64,000 bases of DNA from Octopus sinensis (Eukaryota), in NCBI RefSeq assembly GCF_006345805.1, contig NC_043002.1:79732001-79796000 (forward strand). The letters are read 5' to 3'. The position numbers and the translations under genes were made by a program. How positions within the stretch are numbered: the first letter of the stretch is position 1; the number at the start of each line of letters is the position of its first letter. The notes beneath the pieces were generated by a model. The model made no database searches, was not told the origin of the DNA, and worked only from the letters and a program-made list of their open reading frames with translations. Below, piece after piece: positions 27,152 through 40,189 of this stretch.

Positions 27152-27265
27152 CATATATTTATATTATATGTGTGGTGTGTGTGTATATGTATGTACATAT
27201 ATATGTATGTATATATATATGTACGTATCTGTATATATATGTAGATGTTTATATGTTATATAATT

Positions 27266-27299
<34 letters not shown>

Positions 27300-27648
27300 C
27301 AGAGCGACTATGTGTGAGAGCATGGGAGAGAGAGAGAGAGAGAGAGATCTATATTCCGAAATATGCACAAAAATGAACTTCAAATAACAATATCACTAAC
27401 GACATCAACAAAAGCAGCGCAAATGAACAAAAAAATAATAAATAAAATAAAATAAAATAAAATAAATTAATAAATAAATGAAGAGGGGTGGGGAAAAAGA
27501 CAAATGTTTAAAACAAGGAAAGTAATTAAAACATAAACCTATAAGATGTCAGTAATAAAAACCGACATATATAAATATTTAAACGACGTTTAAAATACTT
27601 GAAAAATACTGTAAGACAAACCGCAAACATGCTCTCTCTCTCTCTCTT

Positions 27649-27692
<44 letters not shown>

Positions 27693-28376
27693 ATATGTCT
27701 TCAATGTTTATTATATCATTGGTGTGATATTCCCTCGTTTATATTATTTTAGAGGTGAATACATATATGTGTAAATATAAAACAAATACCACAAACAATT
27801 TACAGAAATAACTATTTGACTGACATATGATACCACACGAATAATGTATGCATTGCTTGTTTTATATGCTCATGTACATAATCTATGCGATGCATACATT
27901 ATACACATTAAGTAAACACTAATGATGAATTCCTATATAGCTAGTGACTAGACGGCCTGATACGAGATTGATATGTGAAGGGAGAATGTGATGGCGTGAT
28001 ATTTCAGAACTAATGAATTTGTTCTATATATCGTCGGTTTCACTGTCACACACAGACGCTCACACATATACACCACTGCTACATGCATAAATACATACAT
28101 ACATACACAATTGCATCATGTAGGTTACGTGACTATCATACATAGTTCATTCTTCATGTAATCAGGCAGTTGTTTCAGTTTTAACAATATAATTTAAAAC
28201 TTAGTTGTGAGACCAGTAGCATATAAAAGTAGCATATATACATATATACATATATATGTAGGTAGATAGATATATGTATATGTATGTATATACATATATA
28301 TATATATATATACACGTAAAGATAGATACATACATATATAAACATGTACACACACGCACACACACACACACGCACG

Positions 28377-28407
<31 letters not shown>

Positions 28408-28523
28408 AATATATATATATATATATACATACACAGATACATATACATATATACCTATATTAAAAAATTAACAGATTGAGATAAAAATCCAAGGCTATGA
28501 AAGATTTCAGAACATTTAAAGAG

Positions 28524-28575
28524 GTCTTACAGCTGTTTCAGAGATATTTTATATATATATCCCTTCATCGGAGAC
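28524..28575 (-). ncRNA. Type I hammerhead-like fold with CCGAUGA core
   Basis: Minus: GUCU-CCGAUGA-AGGGAUAU..AUAUCUCU-GAAA-CAGCUG-UA-AGAC; 8-bp stem II and palindromic ACAGCUGU stem III. Confidence 0.55.
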
Positions 28576-29004
28576 GGTGCGAGAAAATGGTTAAGCACGC
28601 ATAATCACCGAACCTGGAGCTTAACTATAGTATGTCCATAGCACCTACTCAGCATTACCTGACACCTTTGGGTCTTCTTCACACCATTACCTCTCATACC
28701 ATCAATCTATATATGTGTGTGTGTGTGTCAGTGTGTGTGTGTGTACATATTTATATAAATATATATTTTATATATATAATTAATCAATATAGGGAGGCAA
28801 AAAAATTTTGTAGAATTCTTTTGCCCCCAGCGGCCTAGTGGACGAAAATAAAATAGTCATAAACCATTTTAAGGTCAATATCACAATCAAGGAACGGCCA
28901 TAATAGGCCATTACCCTCACTAGAAATAACAGCCAAAAAGCTTCAACCGCAAAATAACATTAATTCTGTAAACAGGAGAAAATTAAAAAAACATTTACCC
29001 TGAA

Positions 29005-29108
29005 ATTCCTTATACGATGCACGTTTCGTCTACTGTTAATGGTAAACTAACCTGATTAAAATTTAAGATCAAGCCATTACCATAGGCCCTAGATTCATCA
29101 GTAGGAAT
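29005..29108 (-). ncRNA. Type I hammerhead with an extended stem II
   Basis: Minus: AUUCCUA-CUGAUGA-aUCUA..(~60 nt)..UAGAc-GAAA-CGUGCAUCG-UA-UAAGGAAU. Confidence 0.55.
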
Positions 29109-29483
29109 AGCCAAATCGGACAGATATTTTTCACGAGGCATTCACGTCCATGCCTCGCAAGATCTGACCTAAAATTTTCAAATAGTCGCACTCGCGCCAA
29201 ATTTATCGGCAGCAAATAAATATAAGCCGCCGATTCCATTACGGAACTAACCAGAAAATTCATAATTAATCAATAAGGGAGGCAAAAAAATTTTGTAGCT
29301 TCTTTTGCCCCCAGCGGCCTAGTGGGAAAAAATTAAATAGTATAAACCATTTTTAAGTTCAATATCACAATCAAGAACGGCCATAATAGGCCATTCAACA
29401 CTAGAAATAACAGCCAAAAAGCTTCAACCGCAAAATAACATTAATCTGTAAACCAGGAGAAAATTAAAAAAACATTACCTGAA

Positions 29484-29585
29484 ATTCCTTATACGATGCA
29501 CCGTTTCGTCTACTGTTTAATGGTAAACTAACCTGATTAAATTAAATCAAGCCAATCTACATAGGCCCTTAGATTCATCAGTAGG
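29484..29585 (-). ncRNA. Type I hammerhead with an extended stem II (second unit)
   Basis: Same fold; stem III ACGGUGCAUCGU is near-palindromic and stem II contains a 14-bp hairpin (agauuggcuugauu/aaucagguuaguuu). Confidence 0.55.
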
Positions 29586-29588
29586 CTT

Positions 29589-29818
29589 TTCCTTACTGAT
29601 GAATCTAAGGGCCTATGGTAGATTGGCTTGATTTAATTTAATCAGTTAGTTTACCATTAAACAGGAGACGAAACGGTGCATGTATAAGGAATTCAGGGTA
29701 AATGTTTTTTTAATTTTCTCCTGGTTTACAGAATTAATGTTATTTGCGGTTGAAGCTTTTTGGCTGTTATTTCTAGGGGGTGAATGGCCTATTATGGCCG
29801 TTCCTTGATGTGATGATA
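29589..29818 (+). repeat. Inverted (fold-back) copy of the array's 5' end, including a third HHR (29589-29691)
   Basis: Reverse complement of ~29360-29585; stem I UUCCUUA/UAAGGAA is perfect in this copy. Confidence 0.85.
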
Positions 29819-29825
29819 TTTATAG

Positions 29826-29859
<34 letters not shown>

Positions 29860-30066
29860 CTATCTATCTTCCCTCTCATCTCCCTCCTTTCTAATATAAT
29901 ATATATATATATATATATAATTTATTGTTTATTTAAAATGTAATAAAATAAATAACTATACATGCATTATAAATTGCGAAACAATGTCGTTAAAGAAGAT
30001 TTTCTGATGGTCAAATAATTTCATCATTCTATATTTTCCCGCTATTCATAACATTATATATATATT

Positions 30067-30112
<46 letters not shown>

Positions 30113-30113
<1 letters not shown>

Positions 30114-30430
30114 TAGATAAACTTAGATATGTTTCGACCAAAGATTGGTCCAGGCCATGTCTAACTTAATAGCACCACCTGATAGGATTATTCGAATCCT
30201 GTTTAAGTCAAGTTTGTTCAAGTAGTGAGTCTTGTTGGGTGAGTTGTATCCAATTATGGGTGGCTTATCTGGTATTCTTTGAAGGAATCTATCCAGACTT
30301 GTTTAAAGTTGATGGGATCCTTTTCCTCTTTGATCTCTCTCGGGACAATGTTAAATAGGGCAGGGCCTGTTGAGGAAACGAAATTATGTTGTAGTGTACA
30401 TGTATGTTGTGATCTTGAATTGGGCAGGGG
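30113..30430 (-). mobile_element. 3' fragment of a CR1/L2-like LINE
   Basis: Minus TGPALFNIVPREIKEEKDPINFK then (frameshift) LDRFLQRIPDKPPIIGY. The 3' stem-loop tail recurs at 46688-46740. Confidence 0.65.
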
Positions 30431-30505
30431 ACGTATATATATATAAACTAACAGAATGGGATTAAAATCCAAGGCTGTGAATGATTTCAGAACATTTATA
30501 AATAG

Positions 30506-30553
30506 GTCTTACAGCTGTTTCCGGGATATTTTATACATCCCTCCATCGGATAC
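30506..30553 (-). ncRNA. Degenerate second copy of the CCGAUGA hammerhead family
   Basis: Minus CCGAUGG-AGGGAU..AUCCCG-GAAA-CAGCUG-UA-AGAC. The surrounding 30465-30570 is homologous to 28480-28595. Confidence 0.4.
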
Positions 30554-31709
30554 GGTGTGAGAAAATATTTATTCTAGATAAGTTATGAAATAGAGAGTGA
30601 AGTGGAGAAATTACAATAGATGTGAGATATGCAGGGATATTCTATCTCTATTTCCATTATTTTGGCAGAATGGTATATATATATATAAGATTCTTGTACC
30701 TCTCTCTATTTATCTATCTATATGTCTGTCGGTCCGTCAGTCCGTCCTGTCTGTCTGTCTGACTGACTGACTGACTGTCTATCAATCAATCTGTATATAT
30801 AGATATAAATGTAATTGACATGTATGTCTACAACGTAGGTCTATGTGTGTGCGTGTGTGTGTTTGTGTACGTGTGTGTCTGTGTCTACTTTTGTCTTTTC
30901 CATCGCTTTATATCTTTCGGTTTATGTCCAAGTAACTTAGCAGTTCAGCGAAAAACAACGATACAAAAATTACCAGATCATTATAAAGCACAAGTACTGC
31001 GGGTAAAATAGTTGGGCTAGAATGCTTTCAATTTGGTACTCCAGTTTGCTTGCAATCCAATGAATATAAACAAATAAACGGAAAACCATGGCACTATTGT
31101 TTCTCAGTTAAGGTCACGTGTACTGAAACAATTTAGACTTTTGTTTATTTAACAAATTCATAACAAGTGAAATAATAGATGTTAACACGTTGGGAGACAC
31201 GTCTTTGCAGACAATAATTCTCTTCATTACATGTGTGAAAATACACATACGTACAAGCGCACAAACGTACAGATAAATACATGCGTACATATCCACACGC
31301 ATACACACGTACATGTATGTGCGCGAGTACATACATACATATGTACATACATACATCATACATACATACATACATACATACATATACATACATACATACA
31401 TAAATGCATACATACACGCATTTATATATATATGTGTGTTCGTGTGTGTGTGTGTGTCTGATTATGTGTGTGTGTGTTTCATTTGTAAGTATATGTGCAT
31501 ATGTTTATGACCTTTTTGTGTATGCAAATTATCCGTTCAGTATGATGCAAGTAACTTTGACTACATGCAGCCACACACACATATATATATATATACACAT
31601 ACATATATATATATATATATAGATATATACATATATATGTATATGATATATTTGTGTGTATGTATATGATATATGATATATATATATATATATATATATC
31701 ATATATATC

Positions 31710-31745
<36 letters not shown>

Positions 31746-33564
31746 TAGTATATGCGCATATATAAATAAACGTGCTCATAAACACGCACACACATACATG
31801 TAAACATAAACATATATCCATACATGCGTGAGTGTCTGTGTACGGGTGTTTATAAATTATATGTCTATGAGTACGGGTGTATATAAATTAAATTTGTTTG
31901 CACTGTCCTGACCCTACATTCACTCAAAAATATTTACATTCACTGAAAAATTATATAATAAAGAACAAAGAGAAAAACATTTAAAAGAATAGAAAAGAAA
32001 AAATACAATAGCCAACGAATTGATTTTGAGACTCTTCTGAATAAAAACATACAAAAAGAAAGCACATACAAACCTAATCAGACACACATTGACATATAGA
32101 TACATAGACACAGACATATGCTTAAACAATCTGACGCATCCAAGCACTAGGAGCATAAATACAAAGCCAATCATACACACACATATGTAGACACACAGAA
32201 AGTAGAAGATATAACATCAAAATTTTTGAAACCGAATATGATAACCTAAAAAGATGGCTCCTCGCTCAGTGGTGTGTCAAATTTACTCGCATAAATTTAT
32301 AACAGATTAAATCTTAAAAGTTTGTCGATCATTATCTAAGTCGGTGTGGCCACAAAAGGTTGTCGGCATCTTGCATTCGAAAAACCTTTTTCCTTGGTAA
32401 CCTTCTGAGATGCACCACTCGAAGGCAGATGCAACCATTTTTCAATTGAGTGAACTGGAGCAATGTGACATTAGGTATTTTTTTCTAGAACGCACAACAC
32501 CATTCGGCTCCGAAATGGGTCCTTTGTTCTTACAATATTCACAATCCTTCGGTATATGCTCTGATCTTTGGCATTGCTATTAGTACTGTTTCTGTCACTA
32601 TTATGACTGCGATGTTGGCAGCAAAACGACTCAACGTTTGTTCTGCTTTTTTGTTGTGGGCAGGCGGCACTCCAGTGGCTGGCTCTATGTCATGTGTCAC
32701 CTAGGTTTTCGTCCACTCATCGCCAGTAAGTGAAACATTGTGAGCAGTTTGGAAGGATATTTTGTTGGCAATATTTTCATTCCCTAAGGGGGGGAACTTC
32801 CAGAATCATTACCGAGTGACACAAACTGCTTAGTGGCATTTCTTATGACATTACGTTCTGTGTTCAAGTGTCACCAGGATAGACTTTACCTTTCATCATA
32901 TTTGTGCAATGGGAAGTCTACCGCAGTCTTGTACTTCGCTGGATCGGGGCCAAATACTGGATCCTCATGATTCCGTCCGGTATCCAAAATTGTCTCTTGA
33001 CCACCTGCAGGCACACACATTCCCGAAAGAGCAACTCTGGAGGTTTGGCCATTTTCAAAATTCGGTACGTGTCCACCATTTCCGAACACTCTCTGCACAT
33101 TAGCCTGAGGCTCGGCAGCACAAAACTGTTCTAGTCTCCATTATTTCATTATACGTTTTCAACTGTTTATCTTCATGTTCGTGTCCCTGTACGTGCTGCG
33201 CTTTCTGCTCTTCCTTAAACTCAGTCAGTCTATCCCTTTGGTCTTGTGTTATTTTCATGATTGCAACCAGAGACACTTCTTCCTTCCATTGCCCGTCTCC
33301 TTGTGCGCACTCTTCAACTTTGATGAAAGCCCGGTGAAATTTTCTGTCAGCTCTGGTCACACACATACACAAAGACTGAGTGATTTAGTTTTGTTGTTCA
33401 CTTAACTGTTACAACAGATGTTGGCATCGTTAGTGAAGCTGGTGATTTCTGTGTTGTAGTGCTGTTCGTAATAACGGTTGTTCAAGCTGTAACAGTCGTT
33501 ACACGTTACTGCTTCTGAGGGTAACATTATTTCTAAACTTTAAACCAAAAGTTTTCAACCGGGG

Positions 33565-33860
33565 TTCCTATGGACCCTGAGCGTCGATATAAGATTTTTG
33601 GGTGTCCATGCAACAAAATAGAAAATTGGGGACCCACAATAGTATTTTAAGGGCTCCAGAAATATTTTGCTTTAGATATATGTATTGGTATGTATTGCAA
33701 GAAACAGCTAGGTTTCTTTATCTAACATTTTGCATAATTTGACCCACACAATTTTGTATGAAAAACAAAATAGGAATTTTGAAAGAAGGTTTCTATAAAA
33801 CTAATTTTTAAACATCAAATGACTATGGGGGTTCAACAGAATAAAATTGTAACCAAAAGG
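33565..33860. mobile_element. hAT-like MITE remnant
   Basis: Start agttttcaaccggggttcc resembles hAT/Charlie-type ends (cagtggttctcaacc); no ORF. Confidence 0.3.
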
Positions 33861-34549
33861 GGCCCATAGATGAAAATATGCTTGGAAAACTCGCTTTAAA
33901 CAATGTGAGTTTCATTGTAACAGCCGCAGTGATGGTTTTATTATACGAAGGCATAATAATTAGCTGTAGTGCAACAGTTGTGTTAATGGTGATTGCGATG
34001 ATGTTTTGTTTGGGGACATTTTCACTAATACAACATTGACTGTGAGGATTTGAATCCGTTTCCTGTGAGGGGATCGTGTTCTGCAAATTTTTTACTCATT
34101 CTCTTCTCTTTCCCATAATTATCTCCCCTTGCAACTGGTTGCTATATTTAACGCCAAATTTATTAACTTCGAATTTTTAAAGAAAGAACTATCAAACTTT
34201 TGTCCGGTTGCTGAGACCGATTAAGAAAAATCACCATTACCCTCTGATGATCACTACCGAAAGATAATATAGATAAAGAAGTTATCGATTATCATTGAAA
34301 TAATTTAAAGAAACATACCAGATACAAAATCAATATTATAAAGAGACAAAAACTACAAGAGGAAGCAAGTGTAGGCTGGAAAGAAAACATTTCAGGAGAA
34401 GAGAAACTACTTCCTCTAAAATTAAAAGTGTCATTCATACGTTCATAACAGCGTAACAGAAAAGATGTATAGATGTATAGATACATAAGGCAATAAAACC
34501 ATGTATAGATATTCAGATGCAAACACATATGTAACACACACACACATAC

Positions 34550-34990
34550 AGTTCTTTGTTTCAGTCATTTGACTGCGGCCATGCTGGAACGTCGCCTTGA
34601 ATTACCTTAGTCAAACAAATCGACCACAAGACATTCTACAGACTAATCCTTATGCTTATTTCTTTATTGCCCACTAGGGGCTAAACATAGAGGGGACAAA
34701 CAAGGACAGACAAAGGGATTAAGTCGATTACATCGAGCCCAGTGCGTAACTGGTACTTAATTTATCGACCCCGAAAGAATAAAAGGCAAAGTCGAACTCG
34801 GCGGAATTTGAACTCAGAACGTAACGGCAAACGAAATACCGCTAAGCATTTCGTCTGGCGTGCTAACGTTTCTGCCAGCTCGCCTAAAACTTATTCTATC
34901 GGTTTCTTTCCTTGAACTGCTAGGTTATGTGGACGTAAACACACCAATGCCAATTGTCAAGCGGTAATGGAAGTACAAGCACAGACACAT
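34550..34990 (-). mobile_element. SINE family B inserted into the 3' part of a family A SINE
   Basis: Family A tail at 34550-34640 resumes at ~34887-34990 around an intact family B copy (34655-34885). Confidence 0.75.
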
Positions 34991-35554
34991 AGATACATGC
35001 ACACACACGCACCCCCAATACACACACGCACCCCCAACACACACACGAACCCCCAACACACACTCACATATATGTCTGTATAGATGGGTGTATGTGCATG
35101 TGTGTATATGCGTGTGCGTATCTATTAGTATGCCTAAGCGTTCGAGTGTGTTTATGCATATACGCATGTATATACAAAGACGTTGGTGCATCATAACAAA
35201 TGCATACCGTGCGTTTGAAAGGCATGCTAGTTTGTTTATTGTCTGAGCGAGAATTTCTTCATAGAGATGCGTGCAGAAAACGACATACATAAGCAAGTGA
35301 CAGAAATCATTGCAAAAGCAATTCAGGAGGAGGACAAACGCGTTTCGAATTTACTTGAGGGTCGTCCATGCCACATACACGTTTTCCACATTTCAATTGC
35401 CAAGACAAAATTTACAATCCCATGTACATGTGTATACATGATGGTGTATAGACGTGGGATTTAGGATATATATATATATGCTTATGAATATATTATATGC
35501 ATATATATATATGAATACATACACACACAGAGAGACACACATATTTACACACAC

Positions 35555-35600
<46 letters not shown>

Positions 35601-36292
35601 TTATATAATTAGTATGTATGTTATTACGTATCTGCGTACATCTGTGTGTGTGTGCGCGTGTATAAATGAATGCATATATGCATACGTATACTTTGTGTAC
35701 ATGGATATCAACACGCAGATACACATACCGCCACGCACATTAACCGCTATATAAAAATGTGCACAAAGATATGTATGTGTACATAAAATATTGTATTATA
35801 TATATATATGTATATATATATGTGTATATATATATATGTATGTATGTTATATAAACATAGATATATATGTATGCATACGTATATGAGTGCGTGTGTATAA
35901 GCTTATACATTTATACGCGTATACATATACTTTTCTACACATATATCAGTGGGTATGTGTGTGTGTGTAAGTGTGTATAATTGACGCCATTTTCTAACAA
36001 GCAACTTAGTACAAAAGCTATTGTTTGTATGTTGTACACCTTTATCTTTCACGATATTTACCTCTACGCAATTCATTGGCTTCTGCACGTATATCAAAGA
36101 TATATGATTCTTTTGAAGTGAAACCAGAGCCGCCATCTTGTAAAAAATCTTTTCTCTGGTATTTACAGCCAAAAGTTCATGATAATGGCTGTCTTTAATG
36201 CATTGGTGTTTTCCAACCTATTGAGAAACGTACACCCACATTTGGACTCGCAGATATAGAGAACGCAGACACACACACACACACACACACAT

Positions 36293-36325
<33 letters not shown>

Positions 36326-36441
36326 CACGCAAACACACACACACACAGATTTACACACCCAGCACACACACAAATATACACACTCCCACACAGACATATA
36401 CTACATACATGCATATATACAACACACACACACCAACAACA

Positions 36442-36486
<45 letters not shown>

Positions 36487-37102
36487 TGCATATATTAGAG
36501 GTGCATATGTATCGGAGTGTGGTTTGTATTATATATATATATTATATATTATATATATATATATATATATGTATGTATATATATATACGCGTTAGAATTT
36601 GTGTGTATTGCTCTAATCACGATTTCTCTTTTTCTGTGCCCAACAATGCCTCAATTAATCAATAAGTGTTGTCAATGTCTCTCTCCTCTCTCCTACGCTC
36701 TTTCTCTATCTCTATCTCTCACACATACACACACATTCTCTCTCTCCTCAGTCTTTACTCATATATATATATATATATATATATTATATAGATATATATA
36801 TATATATATATAGATATATCTATATATATATATATATATACATATATGATGTAAATATATATGTACACATATATACATATATGTATGATACATACATACA
36901 TATATGTGTATGTTTGTGTGTATGTGTGTGTTTGTGTATGTGTGTGTGTATACATAAATACAGAGATATGAAATGCTTCATTTCCTGTATAGATTAACGC
37001 TTAACCGTAAATGCATATATATTAAGTAAAAGCGTACTTACCTACACGTATACACTCGCACTCACACTCACACACAATTATATACATATGTATATATATA
37101 TA

Positions 37103-37151
<49 letters not shown>

Positions 37152-37552
37152 CATACATATATATATATATGTATGTATGTATTATGTATATGTATAGTGC
37201 ATATCTATAGTTAGGTTCCTTATGTATCCATATATATGTTGAGAAAGTACGTGTGTATACATGCCAAAATAAAATCTGTTGTATATGTAAAATTTATGGT
37301 AAATCATGTGAAATATGATCTGCATATGTATAGGAATGTATGGATTTTCCTCTTTACGTATGCTGCCACATATACATGTTACGCAGGCATATGCATATAC
37401 CTATATCATGCAATCTGTCCTTACATGCATACATTTACCATTACATTTCCATGCACATATATGCACAAAGATACATTCATACACATACGTACACACACAC
37501 AAACACATGTATATGTATGAGTATATATATATATTTATATATATATATATAT

Positions 37553-37593
<41 letters not shown>

Positions 37594-38287
37594 GCGGGGG
37601 TAGAGAGAAGTGGTAAGACAACAAAAGAATATATATATATATACCTCCGTACATTCATATATGCATATCTGTATGCAGCCATTATACCACACCTTTTGGT
37701 CTTACGTAGCACAAGCTGAATAATATGCTTCTAGTTTTTCTTCAAACGGAATGTAGTAGTATGGAATGCATTGCATCGTATTCCTACTAAACCAATCTAT
37801 ACATGGCGACAAAGAACAATATAAGCTACTACTTCTCAACCACAATTGACCCCAAACTTAATATCAGTACTTCAAAGAACGGGATTTTTACCATGAAGGG
37901 AGAAAGTTAGTATGTATTATATAACTATTACGAAGATTTACGTATACTATATCATACCTTCATACTGTGGGGACTGAGATCACCGCTGTGAGACAGTTGG
38001 CATTAAATAAACTGAGAAACAATTTTGGTATGCAAATTAGCAACTACTGTTCTCTGTAGCTACTGAATTTGTTGTATACTTAAGCAGCCTCGGTGCTTGT
38101 TGCTCTGGGACAGGTTAAGTGTTTTAGATACTTCTAATAAAACACCATTAAGTTTCGTAGATCAATTATGGTTGTTTATCATTCTTGTCAATCTACAGAC
38201 AAGTAATTAAATTGGCCATGTTATCATATCTAGTCTGTAGGTTTGTATATATATATATATATGTGTGTGCGTGTGTATGTAGATATA

Positions 38288-38390
38288 CAGTAATCCCTCG
38301 ACTATCGCTGTTGTTACATTCCAAAAACCCCCGCAATAGGGGAAAATCCGCAAAGTAGAAACAGTACTGTATATTTTTTTTAATTATTTT
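38288..38390 (+). mobile_element. Tigger/pogo-like MITE end
   Basis: TA-cagtaatccctcgactatcgc is a typical pogo/Tigger TIR start. Confidence 0.5.
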
Positions 38391-38643
38391 TATAATTTGT
38401 ATATATTTATTTTAGTATGAATACAAAACAACACCACCATATGGCGAGTGATTACTATATATATATATATATTAATTTTATTTATCGCATTTTGAATTTG
38501 TTTATATATATATATATATAATATATATATATATATAATATATATATATATATGTTTATAAATAAGGATAATATCGATATTTAAATATCTATATATCAAG
38601 TGGCCAGCATGGGAAAAATACCATACAAAGGTAATAATTTTTT

Positions 38644-39050
38644 ACAACTAAAAATAAGGGTGTCTGACAGACACCACCATACCGAAATAGCAGTCAAATC
38701 CCTGACTCTAAAAACCACCTTAAATGTTCATATCGCACCATGAGATAAGACAGAGAGACAAAATAGACTAGAAAAAAGATATTACTGAATAATTCAAGAT
38801 CCTGGATTTCTAGCTTGCCTTCATCAGTTGAATATATCTGATATATTCAACTGATGAAGGCAAAGCTTATTTGAAGCAAAGCTAGAAATCCAGGATCTTG
38901 AATTATTCAGTAATATCTTTTTGCTAGTCTCTTTTGTCCCTCTGCCTTATCTCATGGTGCGATATGAACATTTAAGGTGGTTTTTAGAGTCAAGGATTGA
39001 CTGCTATTTCGGCATGGTGGTGTCTCTTAGACACCCTTATTTTTAGTTGT
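38644..39050. repeat. ~195-bp diverged inverted repeat (fold-back)
   Basis: Arms 38644-38836 and 38842-39050; several substitutions and an ~18-nt deletion in the left arm. Confidence 0.9.
38845..38903 (+). ncRNA. Type I hammerhead ribozyme
   Basis: AUUCAA-CUGAUGA-aGGC(aaa GCUU auuug AAGC aaa)GCUa-GAAA-UCCAGGA-UC-UUGAAU: 6-bp stem I, near-palindromic stem III, AUC cleavage triplet. Confidence 0.65.
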
Positions 39051-39055
39051 GTATA

Positions 39056-39089
<34 letters not shown>

Positions 39090-39095
<6 letters not shown>

Positions 39096-39835
39096 GAAAC
39101 AAAAGACGAAATCAGGTGTATGAACAACAAGCAGGTGTATTAGTTCGGGAAAATGAAAAAGTCTTTCATGTTTCGGGCCTACGCTCTTGAACAGAAAGGA
39201 ATAAGAGCAAATAAACAGAGGGAAAACGAAAGAAAAACTTGTAGATATAGCGGTCAAGTATGGCGACTGATTAGAAAAAATAATTGAAAGGAGAGGTTGA
39301 ATGAAAAGGAGATAATAAAGCGCTGGTGGTCCCAAATGAAGCTGTGCGTGCGCGCGCGTGTGTGTGTATGTCAACTGGTTTGTGTGAATGTGTAAGTGTA
39401 TGTGTGTGTCAATAGGGGCTAGTGAGTTTGCCGTGTGTGAGTGTGTGCGTGTGTCTATAACGTGTGTCTATAACGTGTGGCTGCTCATATAGTGGTATTG
39501 ACTTTAATGGAGATTGTGTGTGGGTGTGTGGATGGTGTATTGTGTGGATGGTGTGTTGTGTGGGTGCTGGGAAGTGTTCAGTGGTAGCATGTGTGGAGTG
39601 GTCGTGCGGGGTGTGGGGTGTGGGTGGAGGTAGGGTGGTATCAATCTAGAGAGGAGGTAGGTAGGAGTGAAGAGAGGAGTGTAGCCAGATGAAGAGAGGA
39701 GTGTAGCCAGATGAAGAGAGGAGGAAGTTGAGCCCATGTGGCGCAAAGGAGCGAAAATAGAAGATTAAATCCTGTTCACGGCGAAGGCGGGTCCCCGGAG
39801 GGCTCCTGTGAAAAGACAGTCCGAACACAGACAGA
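39090..39835 (-). mobile_element. Penelope-like element 3' fragment (GIY-YIG ORF C-terminus plus 3' UTR with decayed HHR)
   Basis: Minus VFGLSFHRSPPGTRLRREQDLIFYFRSFAPHGLNFL matches the PLE C-terminal REQxLIFxLGSLxPxGLN pattern. A decayed HHR (gagc gtag gccc GAAA) lies near 39165-39200. Confidence 0.65.
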
Positions 39836-40189
39836 TGTTTGTAGATATGTAGATATAGATGGATATCTTTAAATTTATTTTTGTAGCCATTAGGCTGTGG
39901 CGATGCTGGTGCAGCACCTTGAAGTATTTTTAGGCGAATGAATCGAAACCCGGTACTTTAATGCCTGTTACTTATTAAATCGGTCACTTTCGCTGAACCG
40001 CTAAGTTACGGGAACATAAACACACCAACACTATTTGTCAAGCGGTGGCAGGGGGGGGGGCAAACACAGGCATAGAGACACACACACACACAGACGATGA
40101 CTTTCTTTAAGATTCTGTCTACCAGATGCACTCACAAGCCTATATGTATGTATGTATGTATGTACATACATACATATATATACATATAT

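Larger units (their letters stand above)
28777..29585 (-). mobile_element. Tandem ~485-bp unit (about 1.7 copies), each with a hammerhead fold; retrozyme/PLE-like
   Basis: Marker agggaggcaaaaaaattttgtag at 28791 and 29276; HHR folds at 29005-29108 and 29484-29585. Confidence 0.7.

Noticed and set aside
30113-30185. HHR- or HDV-like fold at the CR1-like LINE 3' end (also 46688-46740)
   Set aside because: It has stems and GAAA but no CUGANGA core and no room for HDV P1/P3. It is better read as a LINE 3' stem-loop.
34240-34270. CTGATGA..GAAA at 34244
   Set aside because: No stem I or stem II pairing; chance occurrence.
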